The notes below the pieces were generated by a model that was not told the DNA's origin, made no database searches, and was given only the letters and a program-made list of their open reading frames with translations. A stretch of DNA of 64,000 bases. Source: Capsulimonadaceae bacterium. GTDB taxonomy: Bacteria; Armatimonadota; Armatimonadia; Armatimonadales; Capsulimonadaceae. Below, one piece after another: positions 10,224 through 20,038 of the stretch (its first letter is position 1; every line of letters starts with the position of its first letter). Where the stretch lies: contig OZ244065.1 in the NCBI GenBank assembly GCA_965215505.1, forward strand, positions 672,001 to 736,000, in the 5' to 3' direction. Position numbers and translations under genes: made by a program.

Positions 10224-11624
10224 ATGAATCTTGATGACAACCTCGCCCCACCCGGCGCGGAGGGCGGCCATCTGGAAGGTGAGCGGAAGACCTGGCGGAT
10301 CGGGACGCTCGTCTACACGCGCGGCGGACTGGCCGCCGTGCTGGGCTGGCTGCTCTGGGGCGACTTCGGCTGGCAGATGCGCGAGCGGGCGGTCGTCCCG
10401 GTCGCGCAGCTTTTGCTCAAGCATCTGCGCGCCTCCGACACGTTCGTCGGCCTGCTGGTCGGGTCGGTCCCCTCCGCCCTGGGCATGATCCTGGGGCCGA
10501 TCATCAGCACCCTCTCCGACCGGCACCGGGGGCGGCGCGGGCGGCGCGTCCCCTTCCTGCTGGCCCCCACCCCGTTCGCCGTCCTGAGCCTGCTGGGGCT
10601 GGCCTTCGTCCCGGCCCTGGGGCGCGGCCTGTACCGCGCTCTGGGCGCGCACGCGCCGAGCCTGAATTTTGTCAGCCTCGCCGTCTTTGCCGTCTTGTGG
10701 ACGGTCTTCGAGGTCGCCGCCGTCACCACGGCGGGCATTTTCTACAGCCTGGTCAACGATGTCGTACCGCACGAGCTGATCGGACGGACGTTCGGCGCGT
10801 TCCGTGCGGTCAGCCTGCTGGCGGGCATCCTCTTCAACTACTACGTCATCGGCCACGCGGAGCAGCACTTCCGGGCCATCTTCCTCAGCGTCGCGGTCCT
10901 CTACGGCGTCGGCCTGACCGTGATGTGTCTGCGGGTGAGGGAGGGCGCGTACCCGCCGCCCCCGGAGCCGCGGGCGAGGCGGAGCGAGGGCGGCGTGATC
11001 GTCCCCGTACTGGCTTATTTCCGGGACACTTTTTCCAATCCCTACTACCGCTGGGTCTACGGCGCGACGACATTGGCGTCGCTGGCGGCGGGGCCGGTCA
11101 ACTCCTTCAGCGTGTTCTACGCCAAGAGCATCCACCTGAACCTGGGCCTCTACGGGAAGTATCACGCCCTGACCTATGTGATCTCGTTCTGCCTCTCGTA
11201 CCTGCTGGGCTGGATGGCCGACCGCTTCCACCCGCTGCGGATCGCGACGGTCGCCATCGGCCTGTATGCCGTCGCCGCGCTGCTGGGCGGGGTCTTCGCG
11301 CGGACGCCCGCGACATTTGCCGTGGCGTTCGTCGCGCACGGCGTCCTCAGCGGGTGCCTGTTCACCACTATCGTCCCGACCTTCCAGAGGCTGTTCCCCA
11401 AGGCGCGGTTCGGCGAGTTCTATTCGGCGACCACACTGCTGTCTGGCCTGGCCTTCGTCGTCCTGCCGCCCACCGTCGGCGCGCTGCTGGACGCCACGGG
11501 CCACGTCTACCGGTACACGTTCCTCGTCGCCGGGTCGCTGGGTCTGCTGGCATTCGTTGGGATGTCCATCGTCCACCAGAAGTTCATGGCATTGGGCGGA
11601 CCGAAGGACTACGTCGCCCCTTGA
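10224..11624 (+). CDS. MFS transporter
   Basis: About 12 hydrophobic segments; STLSDRHRGRRGRRVPF and GWMADRFHP MFS motifs; start set at MNLDDNL. Confidence 0.85.
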   Translation: MNLDDNLAPPGAEGGHLEGERKTWRIGTLVYTRGGLAAVLGWLLWGDFGWQMRERAVVPVAQLLLKHLRASDTFVGLLVGSVPSALGMILGPIISTLSDRHRGRRGRRVPFLLAPTPFAVLSLLGLAFVPALGRGLYRALGAHAPSLNFVSLAVFAVLWTVFEVAAVTTAGIFYSLVNDVVPHELIGRTFGAFRAVSLLAGILFNYYVIGHAEQHFRAIFLSVAVLYGVGLTVMCLRVREGAYPPPPEPRARRSEGGVIVPVLAYFRDTFSNPYYRWVYGATTLASLAAGPVNSFSVFYAKSIHLNLGLYGKYHALTYVISFCLSYLLGWMADRFHPLRIATVAIGLYAVAALLGGVFARTPATFAVAFVAHGVLSGCLFTTIVPTFQRLFPKARFGEFYSATTLLSGLAFVVLPPTVGALLDATGHVYRYTFLVAGSLGLLAFVGMSIVHQKFMALGGPKDYVAP

Positions 11625-11648
11625 CGGCAAAGCGGGCGAACTCCAAAG

Positions 11649-11738
11649 AGGGCGAACGCCCCCACAGGAAGGGCGAATGCCCCCACAGGAAGGGCGAACG
11701 CCCCCACAGGAAGGGCGAACACAGGGGTTCGCCCCTAC
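11649..11738. repeat. 3 x 21-bp tandem array abutting a GTAG-REP hairpin
   Basis: AGGGCGAA(C/T)GCCCCCACAGGA x3 (11649-11711), then AGGGCGAACACAGGGGTTCGCCCCTAC (REP, GTAG on the minus strand). Confidence 0.9.
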
Positions 11739-11745
11739 AGGGAAT

Positions 11746-12183
11746 CTAGGCCGTTTCTTCTTCGACCGTTCCCTTTCCGTCAGGCTGCTCCACAACAGAC
11801 GCCGGGGCCGTCGCCCCGGAAGGGTACTGCTGCGCCCGGAACGCCTTCTCCTGTGACTTCTGCCGCGTTTCCATCTGCGTCACGCGCTTCTGGAGCGCCT
11901 TGATCTCGGCGTCTCTCTGGGCGACTTCGTTCTTCAAAGCCTTCAGGTCCGCCGCCACCGCCCGCAGTGCTTCGGCGAGGGCAGGCGCGGCGGGCGCGCG
12001 TCCCACAGGCGGCGGAACCACCTTCACGGGCGTGGCCTCGCGATAGACGCCGTAGCCCTCGCTCGGGGCGACCTTCTCGCCTGGGCGGAGGGATTTGCCC
12101 TTCGTTGTTGGCTTGCCTTCGCCCCGTGTCTCGGGCCGGGCAGACGGTCTGCCGGCGGGCTTATAGGTTGACTTGCTGTTCAT
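11746..12183 (-). CDS. hypothetical basic, coiled-coil protein
   Basis: ATGA overlap with the upstream gene; heptad-like LRAVAADLKALKNEVAQRDAEIKALQKRVTQME. Confidence 0.65.
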   Translation of the reverse strand: MNSKSTYKPAGRPSARPETRGEGKPTTKGKSLRPGEKVAPSEGYGVYREATPVKVVPPPVGRAPAAPALAEALRAVAADLKALKNEVAQRDAEIKALQKRVTQMETRQKSQEKAFRAQQYPSGATAPASVVEQPDGKGTVEEETA

Positions 12184-13154
12184 GTGTTGGGTTCCTTTGT
12201 GTCGCGCATTGCGCCCCCGACGACTTCTCGCAGGGCATGGTAGAGGTCCACTGAGGCCTCGATTTCCTCCTTGCGGATGGAGACGCTTTCCACGTTGACG
12301 CCCAGCGGCACCCCGTCCGCCCCCACCGTCTCCAGGATGCGGGTCAGGGCGGACGCGCAGGCCCGGAGCGACTGCGTCAGGGGCGCGTCGGAGGAGAGGA
12401 TCGCCCGCTCCGTTTCGGCGGGGATCGCGATGCCCAGCCACTTCATGAAGCCCAGAGTCGCCGCGCCCCCGCAGGGCGTGAATGTCAGGACGATCCGCTG
12501 GGGGGCGATGCCGCGCGCGCGGCAATCACGGGCGTAGTCGCGGAGGAGGCCGATGGTTGCCTCGGGCGCGTAGACGGCCTGCGAAATGAAGTACCGGCAG
12601 CCGTCGCCCGCCTTGGCGATCAGCCGCTCGCTCTCGCTGCGTCCCGTCCTGTGCCGCTCCGGGACGACGACGCCGCCGAGGGTGAAGCCGCCGGGGTGAA
12701 GGGAAGCCTCCCGGATGGCCTGCGGGAGCGGGATGCCGCCCGCCTGCGGCGTCGAGGCCGCCCTGCCGACGAGGGACAGGCAGCGCAGGCCGTAGGCGTC
12801 CTGAGTCTCGTCCAGCCAGGCCCGCCAGTCGCCTGCGCTCACCTGCGCCACGCTCTTGTAGCAGAGGGCGGTCCGCCCCGTCGCCTGCTGAAGCAGACGC
12901 GCGTAGGACCGCGCCTCCAGCGTCGGCAGGAACGGGAACGGGCGCGGGCTGCTCGTGCGCTCGCTCTCGTCCTGGACATCGTACACGACCAGCCCGTCCA
13001 GGTCCAGCCCCGCCGTCCGCGCGGCCAGCCGGGAGGCGGCCCCCGCGACCCGCTCCGGCGTCGCCCCCGCGCGGGGCGGGGTGGTGCCGTAGAGGAAGAC
13101 GAAGCGGCCCGCATCATCAAGGGCGGCCTGGAAACTCCGGGGGGCATCGGGCAT
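12180..13154 (-). CDS. methylenetetrahydrofolate reductase-like protein (mycobacterial/Vibrio-type)
   Basis: LYGTTPP, DGLVVYDVQDESERTSSPRPFPF, GGVVVPERH, YFISQAVY, FMKWLGI, GVNVESVSIRKEEI. Confidence 0.75.
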   Translation of the reverse strand: MPDAPRSFQAALDDAGRFVFLYGTTPPRAGATPERVAGAASRLAARTAGLDLDGLVVYDVQDESERTSSPRPFPFLPTLEARSYARLLQQATGRTALCYKSVAQVSAGDWRAWLDETQDAYGLRCLSLVGRAASTPQAGGIPLPQAIREASLHPGGFTLGGVVVPERHRTGRSESERLIAKAGDGCRYFISQAVYAPEATIGLLRDYARDCRARGIAPQRIVLTFTPCGGAATLGFMKWLGIAIPAETERAILSSDAPLTQSLRACASALTRILETVGADGVPLGVNVESVSIRKEEIEASVDLYHALREVVGGAMRDTKEPNT

Positions 13155-13207
13155 GGGATCGCTTGCGGTCAATGGTCTTCTCCCACGGGAGCGGCCTCGG
13201 ACGCCCC

Positions 13208-14080
13208 CTACCCCTTCACCGCCCCCGCCGTCAGGCCGGCGACGAACTCTTTCTGAAGAATGAGGAAAAGGACCATGACGGGCAGGACGCTGATCAGAGT
13301 GCCGGCCATCAGCATCCCGTACTCGCTGCCGTAGATGCCGATCATCTGGTTGAGCGCGATGGGCAGGGTGTACTTGTCGTCGTGGTGGAGCAGGATCTGC
13401 GGCCACAGGAAGTTGTTCCAGGCCCCCATGAAGCTGATCAGGCAGAACGCGCCGATCATGGGGCGCGAGACCGGCATGACGATGTCCCAGTAGATGCGGA
13501 ACTCCGAACAGCCGTCCAGTCGGGCCGCCTGCAATAGCTCGTCGGGCACCTGGAGGATGGACTGGCGGAACAGGAAGATGCCGAAGACGCTGACCGCGCC
13601 GGGGATGATCACGCCGATGCGGGTGTCCACCAGCCCGAGGTGATAGAGCTGCTCGTAGAGCGGAGCCATGACCACCTGGCCGGGGATCAGCAGGGTGGTC
13701 AGCATCACCGCCATGACCGCCTTCTTGCCGATGAACTCGTACTTGGCGAGCGCGAAGCCGGCCAGCGAGGAGAAGAAGAGCTGGACCACGACGGTCGCGC
13801 CGGTCACATAGATGCTGTTGATCAGGTAGCGCAGGAAGGGCACTTTGGTGAACAGGTCGTGGTAGTTCGCGGCGGAGAAGCGCGGCGAGAAGAAGGTGTA
13901 GTGGAACAGGTCGTCCGGTCCCTTCGTGGTCGCCGCCACAAGCCAGACCAGGGGCATCAGGGCGAGGGCGGCGCAGAGGAGGAGCAGGAAGACGGTCAAA
14001 GCGCGGCCCAAGCCGGTGGCGGGGCGCACGCCCACCGCCCTGCGCGCGGGTAAGATCGGCGGGCTATCCATTTCTATCAT
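13208..14080 (-). CDS. carbohydrate ABC transporter permease
   Basis: EAA-like loop ELLQAARLDGCSEFRIYWDIVMP; WNNFLWP. Confidence 0.92.
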   Translation of the reverse strand: MIEMDSPPILPARRAVGVRPATGLGRALTVFLLLLCAALALMPLVWLVAATTKGPDDLFHYTFFSPRFSAANYHDLFTKVPFLRYLINSIYVTGATVVVQLFFSSLAGFALAKYEFIGKKAVMAVMLTTLLIPGQVVMAPLYEQLYHLGLVDTRIGVIIPGAVSVFGIFLFRQSILQVPDELLQAARLDGCSEFRIYWDIVMPVSRPMIGAFCLISFMGAWNNFLWPQILLHHDDKYTLPIALNQMIGIYGSEYGMLMAGTLISVLPVMVLFLILQKEFVAGLTAGAVKG

Positions 14081-15051
14081 TCATTGGCCCCTTTCCACGC
14101 GCCAGTGACCCGCATCTGGAAGAGGCTGATGAGGAGCAGGCCTAAGGCCAGCACCCAGCCCACCGCCGAGGCGTAGCCCAGGTCGCCGATCATGAAGCCG
14201 TTCATGTAGAGGTAGGACACGATGGTCAGCCCCGAATTGTTCGGCCCTCCCCCGCTTGTCCCGCCGCCCAGCATGATGTAGGGCAGCTCGAAGAGCTGGA
14301 ACGAGCCGATGGTCGCGGTCACCAGCACGAATACGGCGACGGGCCGGATGCCCGGCAGGGTCACCGCCCAAAACTTCTGCCACTCGTTCGCCCCGTCCAC
14401 GGTCGCCGCCTCATACAAGGCGGTGTCCACGGCCTGGAGCGCGGCCAGGAAATAGATCATGTTGAAGCCGACGTACATCCACAGCGAGGTCAGCACGATG
14501 GCGGGCATGACGTAGTCCGGCTTCGTCAGCCACTCCGTGTCCAGCGCGAAGGACGGGACGATGGAGTGGATGACCCGGTTGATCAGCCCGAACTTCGGGA
14601 CGAACAGGACCGAGAACAGGACGCCGACGAAGACCTGGCCGAGCAGGTTGGGCGAAAAGAAGGCCAGCCGCAGGAAGTCGCGCCCGCGCAGCCAGGGCCG
14701 GTTCAGCAGGAGGGCCAGCCCCAGAGCCAGCGGGAGCTGAAGGAAAACCGACCAGAAGGCATAAACGGCGGTATTCAAGACGGCCGTGTGGAAGGCCTGG
14801 TCGGCGAACAGGAACCGGAAATTGTTCACGCCCACGAAGACATTACTCTTCGGCCCGTTCGTGGCGTAAAAGGCCAGGATCAGACTCTTGATGATCGGCC
14901 ACAGGCCGAAGGTCAGAAAGAGCAGCACGAAGGGCGCGACGAACAGGTACGGGGCGATGCGGTGCTGGAGGGCGAACCAGGGCGCGGTCGGCACGGGCCT
15001 TGCCTCGGCGCGGCCCGGCTTGGGTGCGGGCTTGACGGAAACGGTACTCAA
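14077..15051 (-). CDS. sugar ABC transporter permease
   Basis: YLFVAPF, LYEAATVDGANEWQKFWAVTLP, GYASAV; TTG start overlaps the binding-protein stop. Confidence 0.9.
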   Translation of the reverse strand: MSTVSVKPAPKPGRAEARPVPTAPWFALQHRIAPYLFVAPFVLLFLTFGLWPIIKSLILAFYATNGPKSNVFVGVNNFRFLFADQAFHTAVLNTAVYAFWSVFLQLPLALGLALLLNRPWLRGRDFLRLAFFSPNLLGQVFVGVLFSVLFVPKFGLINRVIHSIVPSFALDTEWLTKPDYVMPAIVLTSLWMYVGFNMIYFLAALQAVDTALYEAATVDGANEWQKFWAVTLPGIRPVAVFVLVTATIGSFQLFELPYIMLGGGTSGGGPNNSGLTIVSYLYMNGFMIGDLGYASAVGWVLALGLLLISLFQMRVTGAWKGANE

Positions 15052-16385
15052 TAGGGGTCCCTCCGGAGGAGCGCGCGCACTTCGTCGGCGCTGCGCTTGA
15101 GGCGGGCGCGGATGAACGGCTCGAAGCCGTCCTCCCCGTGCGCGTCGTAATACTGGATGCACGAAACCATCGCCTCGCTGAACTTGCCTTTGGCGGTCAC
15201 GATGGCCGGGCTGCTGTACTGGTACGGGACCTGCGGGGCCAGCGCGATGTAGCGCGCGCCGGTCCTCTGGCCGCTCCAATAGGGGTGCGGCTCGTTGAAG
15301 ACGGGCTGGCCCCAGGCGCCTTTGAACGGGGCGATGATCTCGAGTTCGCGGAATCGGTCGGCGAGCTGGGTGGGGTCGGTGTAGAAATACCGGGCCAGGT
15401 CCCAGGCGAGTTCTTGATTTTTGCAGTGCTTGGTGATGCCGACCATCGTCCCGCCCCAGGTGCTGGTCTGGCTGCCGCCGGGGGCGACGGCGGGCAGGTC
15501 CATCAGCGCCATCTTGCCCGAAAGACGCGGCATGTCGTTCTCGATGCCCTTCATGCGCCAATCCGGGCAGATCAGGCAGAGCAGATAGCCGTTCTCCACC
15601 GCCTGGGTCAAGAACTGGCCGGAGACGCCGCCGATGTCCTTGCCGATGGGGTGCGGCCCGGCGACGAGGGGGACGTACCAGTGCATCGCCTGCACGGCGG
15701 TTTCATTGTCCAGGATGCAGTTCCCGGCGGGGTCGAAGTAGCCGCCGCCGCGCTGGAACAGGCCGATCTCCAGGCCAAGCCCGGCGTCGGCGTCGGAGAA
15801 CTGGACCATGTACCTCTGGCCGGGGATGGTGACGCGGCGGCCCGCGGCGATGAAGTCGTCCCAGGTCCTCAGCTTGGAGGCGTCAATGCCCAGCTTTTCG
15901 AATAGATCCCGCCGGTAGGCGATCTGGACGGGGTGGACGTCGTGCGGCAGGCCGTAGATGCGCCCCCGGCTGGTGTAGGGCGAGAACCGCGCCTGCACCA
16001 TCTGGTCGTACAGGCCAGTCTGGTGCAGCCGGTCGGTCAGGTCTGAGAAGCCGATGTCCTTCTGCGGGCCACGGAACAGGCTGCCGGCCTGGCTGATCTC
16101 GACTTCGCACAGGTCCGGTACGTCCAGGTTCGCCAGCAGGGCAGCCTGGAGTCGGGACGCGAGGGCCGCGTTGGAGACCAATTCCAGGTCCACGGTGACA
16201 CCGGGGTGGGCCGCCTCGAAGGCGGGCAGCGCCTTCTTATAGGCGTCGTAGTGCGGCTTGGCGAAGGTCCAGTAGACCAGCGTAGCCGTCTGGTGTGGCG
16301 CGGGGTGCGCGGCCAGCCACAGGCCGGACAGGAGGGTCAGCAGCAGGATGCTCAGGGCGGCTTTGCCGAAGGGAAAAAGGTTCAT
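15048..16385 (-). CDS. sugar ABC transporter substrate-binding protein
   Basis: GRIYGLPHD, AYRRDLFEKLGI, TWDDFI, WGGTMVGITK. Confidence 0.9.
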   Translation of the reverse strand: MNLFPFGKAALSILLLTLLSGLWLAAHPAPHQTATLVYWTFAKPHYDAYKKALPAFEAAHPGVTVDLELVSNAALASRLQAALLANLDVPDLCEVEISQAGSLFRGPQKDIGFSDLTDRLHQTGLYDQMVQARFSPYTSRGRIYGLPHDVHPVQIAYRRDLFEKLGIDASKLRTWDDFIAAGRRVTIPGQRYMVQFSDADAGLGLEIGLFQRGGGYFDPAGNCILDNETAVQAMHWYVPLVAGPHPIGKDIGGVSGQFLTQAVENGYLLCLICPDWRMKGIENDMPRLSGKMALMDLPAVAPGGSQTSTWGGTMVGITKHCKNQELAWDLARYFYTDPTQLADRFRELEIIAPFKGAWGQPVFNEPHPYWSGQRTGARYIALAPQVPYQYSSPAIVTAKGKFSEAMVSCIQYYDAHGEDGFEPFIRARLKRSADEVRALLRRDPY

Positions 16386-16398
16386 GCGTATTCCAATG

Positions 16399-17484
16399 CT
16401 ACTGCTTCCGGGGCGCGGAGGCGAGGGCCTTCTGGACGAACGCGCCCCAGTACGGGGTCGGCGCGTAGTCCCAGCCGGAGATCACGGACGGACCGGCGGA
16501 CGGGTGGAAGCTCCAGGCCGTCCAGCTAAATTGGTGCTTGTTGATGTAAGCCAGCGCCTGGGGTGCCCATGTGTAGGGGTCGGACTTCTGCCAGGCCGGG
16601 GAGTTGGGCCGGTCGGGTTCACAGCCGACCTCGCCGACGAAGACCGCGTACTTCTCGGCGGCGGGCGTGACGTGCGTGTCCCAATCTTTTTTCCACGGGT
16701 AGATGTGCGTCGCATACAGGATGCCGTGCCCACTCCCGTCGGACAGCGCGTGGCCGTTGACGATGCCGGACAGGTCATACGCCCAGTCCAGGCCGCCGAC
16801 CACGACGACGTTCTTCGCGCCCGTCGCACGGACGGTGTCTAGGATACCCTGCATCCCCGGCGAGTGGTAGGACAAAGACGCGCCGCGCCGGGCGTCCTGA
16901 TTGTGTTCGCTCACGTCGCCGCCGTGCTGCCAGACGTCCCAGGTCACGTCGCGCGGCTCATTGTACAGGTCGAACAGCACGGCAGGGTTGTTGGCATAGC
17001 GGGCGGCGACGTCTTTCCAGAATTGGGCGCTGTTGTCGTCCGGCAGACTGTGCTGGCCGATGTGCTGACCCCATTGGCCCCCGTCCGACCAGTGCAGGTC
17101 CAGGAGGACGTACTTGTTCCGGCCCGAGAGCGACTCGACGACCGCATCCACGAGGGCGCGGTACTGCGCGCCGCCGTCCGTCTGCGTCCCGCCCCGTCCG
17201 AACCAGCGGTCCTGACTGAGCGGCAGGCGGATCAGGGAGGCGTGCCAGGTGTCAGCGGCGGCGCGGACCGACTTCAGCACGTTGTCGCCCGCATCCATCC
17301 ATTCGAGGCTGGGCAGGTTGACGCCTTGCAGGCGCACCATCCGGCCCCGGTCGTCCTCCAAATGGGTGCCGGCGACGTGCAAGGCGGGCGGCGCGGCCAG
17401 GGCGCTCTTGGTGCCCTGGGCAAGACAAGCGAGGAGCAGACAGCAGAGAATGGGAGACAGAGTTTTCCGAGACAGGGCTTTCAT
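16399..17484 (-). CDS. secreted glycoside hydrolase family 5 (cellulase-like)
   Basis: Signal peptide; IRLPLSQD, LLDLHW, acid/base FDLYNEP, HIYP, nucleophile VFVGEVG, WTAW. Start could be further upstream. Confidence 0.9.
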   Translation of the reverse strand: MKALSRKTLSPILCCLLLACLAQGTKSALAAPPALHVAGTHLEDDRGRMVRLQGVNLPSLEWMDAGDNVLKSVRAAADTWHASLIRLPLSQDRWFGRGGTQTDGGAQYRALVDAVVESLSGRNKYVLLDLHWSDGGQWGQHIGQHSLPDDNSAQFWKDVAARYANNPAVLFDLYNEPRDVTWDVWQHGGDVSEHNQDARRGASLSYHSPGMQGILDTVRATGAKNVVVVGGLDWAYDLSGIVNGHALSDGSGHGILYATHIYPWKKDWDTHVTPAAEKYAVFVGEVGCEPDRPNSPAWQKSDPYTWAPQALAYINKHQFSWTAWSFHPSAGPSVISGWDYAPTPYWGAFVQKALASAPRKQ

Positions 17485-17699
17485 GGGGCATCCCTTCGTT
17501 GGGGGCTTTCGGGGGCATCCGACGTTAAGTAGTTTGCTCATCTCGTTCGCCATGACCGGCCTTGATTCCTCCTTGCAGACCTCCGCGCCGAGCAAAAACG
17601 CCCCGCCCCGGCGGCTCAGACCGGAATACGGCCCTCGCCGGGTATACTATTGACAGGTGCCGCCCACTGCCCGTCAGGGCCGCGCCTTTGGAACCATTT

Positions 17700-18233
17700 A
17701 TGAATAATCCTTCCCCTCACAAGGCGCGCGCCGCCCAGGAGCCGGGCCTCGTCAGCCTCGACTCGCTGCTGCCCGCACTCGCCGCCCGCTGGACCATCGG
17801 CGCCCTGGGGCGGCAGCGGCTCTACATCCTCTCCGGCCGCTTCGGGGCGGAGCGGCGCTTTTGCAGCCGCTATGTGGTCTTCCCCGAGACGATCATCGAG
17901 TCCCCCCTCCGCCGCCCCGATCAGACACCGCCCCCGCCGCGCCCCGGCGGGGCGCGGGGCGACCGCTGGCTGGTCCACGTCCTGAGCGGCGAGCAGGACT
18001 ACACCAAGGGCCGCCTGGACCTCCTGCAAGACGTACTCAACGAGTCCCCCGACGCGGATGACCGACTGGAGCACAGCCTACGGCTGGGGATGGCGGACGA
18101 CGCCCAGCAAGCGCAGCAGGAGTGCGTGGAACACGCCGTCCTGTCGGGCCACGGCAAGCCCCCGGCGGAGTCCAGCCACGCAGACCTTGAGGGGGTCGCG
18201 GGGGAAGCCCGTGAGGAAGTCCCGGTCGGCTAG
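17700..18233 (+). CDS. hypothetical protein
   Basis: Fills the gap divergent from GH5; GC-rich third positions; TATACT at 17643-17648; no recognised motif. Confidence 0.55.
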   Translation: MNNPSPHKARAAQEPGLVSLDSLLPALAARWTIGALGRQRLYILSGRFGAERRFCSRYVVFPETIIESPLRRPDQTPPPPRPGGARGDRWLVHVLSGEQDYTKGRLDLLQDVLNESPDADDRLEHSLRLGMADDAQQAQQECVEHAVLSGHGKPPAESSHADLEGVAGEAREEVPVG

Positions 18234-18271
18234 AATGCACCCGCTGGAATGCCCTTGGTAGGACGCGCGCC

Positions 18272-18481
18272 ATGCCACCCAGGATAATCATGCCACCCAG
18301 GATAATCATGAAGGCGGCCGCACGCGCGCTCGGAATCGGCCTCCTCTTCGTCGCCTCCTACCGCGTGACGGGCCGCATGCCGGGCGTCGCCACCTGGGTC
18401 TTCCTCGGTGTCGTCGTGACCGCCTTCTGCGCCTATAACGCCTGGCGGGAGGCTGGCGGGAACAGGCCCCGCCGGCCTTAA
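18272..18481 (+). CDS. small hypothetical membrane protein
   Basis: Two hydrophobic segments; 5' end carries a perfect 18-bp duplication, so the true start may be 18308. Confidence 0.5.
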   Translation: MPPRIIMPPRIIMKAAARALGIGLLFVASYRVTGRMPGVATWVFLGVVVTAFCAYNAWREAGGNRPRRP

Positions 18482-19041
18482 CCGGTGGGGCGCTTTCCTT
18501 CCCCCTCCGCGCGTAGCGCCTCGATCCGCCGCCCGACTGTCTTGTACTCCCCGCTGCCCTGCCAGTTCAGCTCCCCGGCGAACTCGGCGCGAATCCACCC
18601 CTGCCGGTCGATCAGGACCTCCGTCGGCCAAGACTGGACCCCGTAGGCGTTCCAGACGCGGGCGTCGTTATCCACGAGAATCGGGAAGCGCAGGCCGTGT
18701 TCTCGGGCGAAGCGCGACGTGGCCGCCGGGACGCGCTCGAAGCGCGTCTCGGGCGTATGCACCGACAGCACGGCGACATCCGTGCCGCTATACTTCTTCG
18801 CCCAGTCGTTCCAGTATTCCAGGTTGTGTTTGCAGTTGATGCAGTCGCGCGTCCAGAACAGCAGCACGACCACCTTCCCCTTCTGAGCGGCCAGCGTCGT
18901 CGCCGGGCCGTTGAGCCAGGGGCCGGACGCGAGCGTTGGTGCGGGCCGGGTCGGCACCGGTACGGCGTCAGCATTAGCATTTAACGGGGTGAGTGCAGCG
19001 GCGGCGATCAGCGCGCCGGCGAGAGTCCTAGCAATCTTCAT
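18478..19041 (-). CDS. secreted redoxin/thioredoxin-like protein (DipZ/TlpA-like)
   Basis: Signal peptide; WTRDCINC CxxC; SVHTPE; SWPT cis-Pro. Confidence 0.85.
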   Translation of the reverse strand: MKIARTLAGALIAAAALTPLNANADAVPVPTRPAPTLASGPWLNGPATTLAAQKGKVVVLLFWTRDCINCKHNLEYWNDWAKKYSGTDVAVLSVHTPETRFERVPAATSRFAREHGLRFPILVDNDARVWNAYGVQSWPTEVLIDRQGWIRAEFAGELNWQGSGEYKTVGRRIEALRAEGEGKRPTG

Positions 19042-19102
19042 GGGCTTCTCCTCTTCGTCTCACCCCGCAACACAAGCGCCGACGGGCAAAAGTTCCACCG
19101 GC

Positions 19103-20038
19103 TCAGGCGTAGTAGCTGACCAGGATGAGGCAAACGCAGAGGCCGACGCTCAGAATGGCCGCGATGCCGAGGGCCGTCTTCAGTTGGTGCAGGGCCACGC
19201 CGGTCATCAGCCGGAAGTGTTCGGCGGCCTTGGCCAGAACCTCCTCAAAGTTGCCCGTCTTTTCTCCCGTCTTCAGCATGGTCACGAGGATCGGGTCCAG
19301 CAGGCCGACGCCCTCTAGAGCGTTCGCCAGCCCTTCCCCTCGGTCCAGACGCAGCGCGCACGGGCGGACGCGCCCGGCGAGGTAGGCGTTGCCGGAAGCG
19401 TCACACGACCAGCGCACCGCCTCGGGCAGCGAGATCCCGGCGTGATAAAGGAAAGCCAGATTGCGGGCGAAGTGCGTCTGCCAGATCAGGCTCGCCGTCC
19501 GACCCAGGACCGGAAGGTGGCAGATCAGGCGGTCTCCCCAGGATTGGGACCTGCCGGAGAGGCGCGGCAGGACGGACCCGATGAGCAGCAGCAGGCCGAA
19601 CAGCAGGAGCGGCAGGAGGCCGACGAGAACCATCAGGAGGGGGCTGCCCTGGAAGTGGGCCAGGACGATAGGCCAGAAGAGGAGGGCGAACGCCATGGTC
19701 AGTTTGGGCGAGAACAGGTCCCGCCGGATCTCCCGCCGGAAATCCTCTTCTTCCTCCTGATGCTCCGCAAGCCTTTGCAGCGCCAGCACGAGGTCGCCCG
19801 ACCGCTCCCCCGCCGCGACCATCGCCACGGCGAAGCCATTGAAGTGGCGCGGGCAGGCGGCCATCGCGCGGCCCAGTGATGCCCCATGCAGAACGGAGGC
19901 GCGAATCGCCGTGAGGCTCTCGCAAAGGGCGCGCGGCTGGGGCTGTCTGAGCAGGGCCGCCAGTGCCTCGCCGACCGGCACACCTGCCCCGAGCAGCGTC
20001 GCCAGTTGGCGGTAGAAAAGGGTCAACGCCCCGGTCAT
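19103..20038 (-). CDS. type II secretion system F / PilC family protein
   Basis: FYRQLATLLGAGVP, AGERSGDL, TGEKTGNF: two T2SSF repeats. Confidence 0.88.
   Translation of the reverse strand: MTGALTLFYRQLATLLGAGVPVGEALAALLRQPQPRALCESLTAIRASVLHGASLGRAMAACPRHFNGFAVAMVAAGERSGDLVLALQRLAEHQEEEEDFRREIRRDLFSPKLTMAFALLFWPIVLAHFQGSPLLMVLVGLLPLLLFGLLLLIGSVLPRLSGRSQSWGDRLICHLPVLGRTASLIWQTHFARNLAFLYHAGISLPEAVRWSCDASGNAYLAGRVRPCALRLDRGEGLANALEGVGLLDPILVTMLKTGEKTGNFEEVLAKAAEHFRLMTGVALHQLKTALGIAAILSVGLCVCLILVSYYA

Noticed and set aside
19103-20038. Pilus or secretion operon
   Set aside because: Orphan PilC/GspF-like gene with no ATPase or pilin neighbours.
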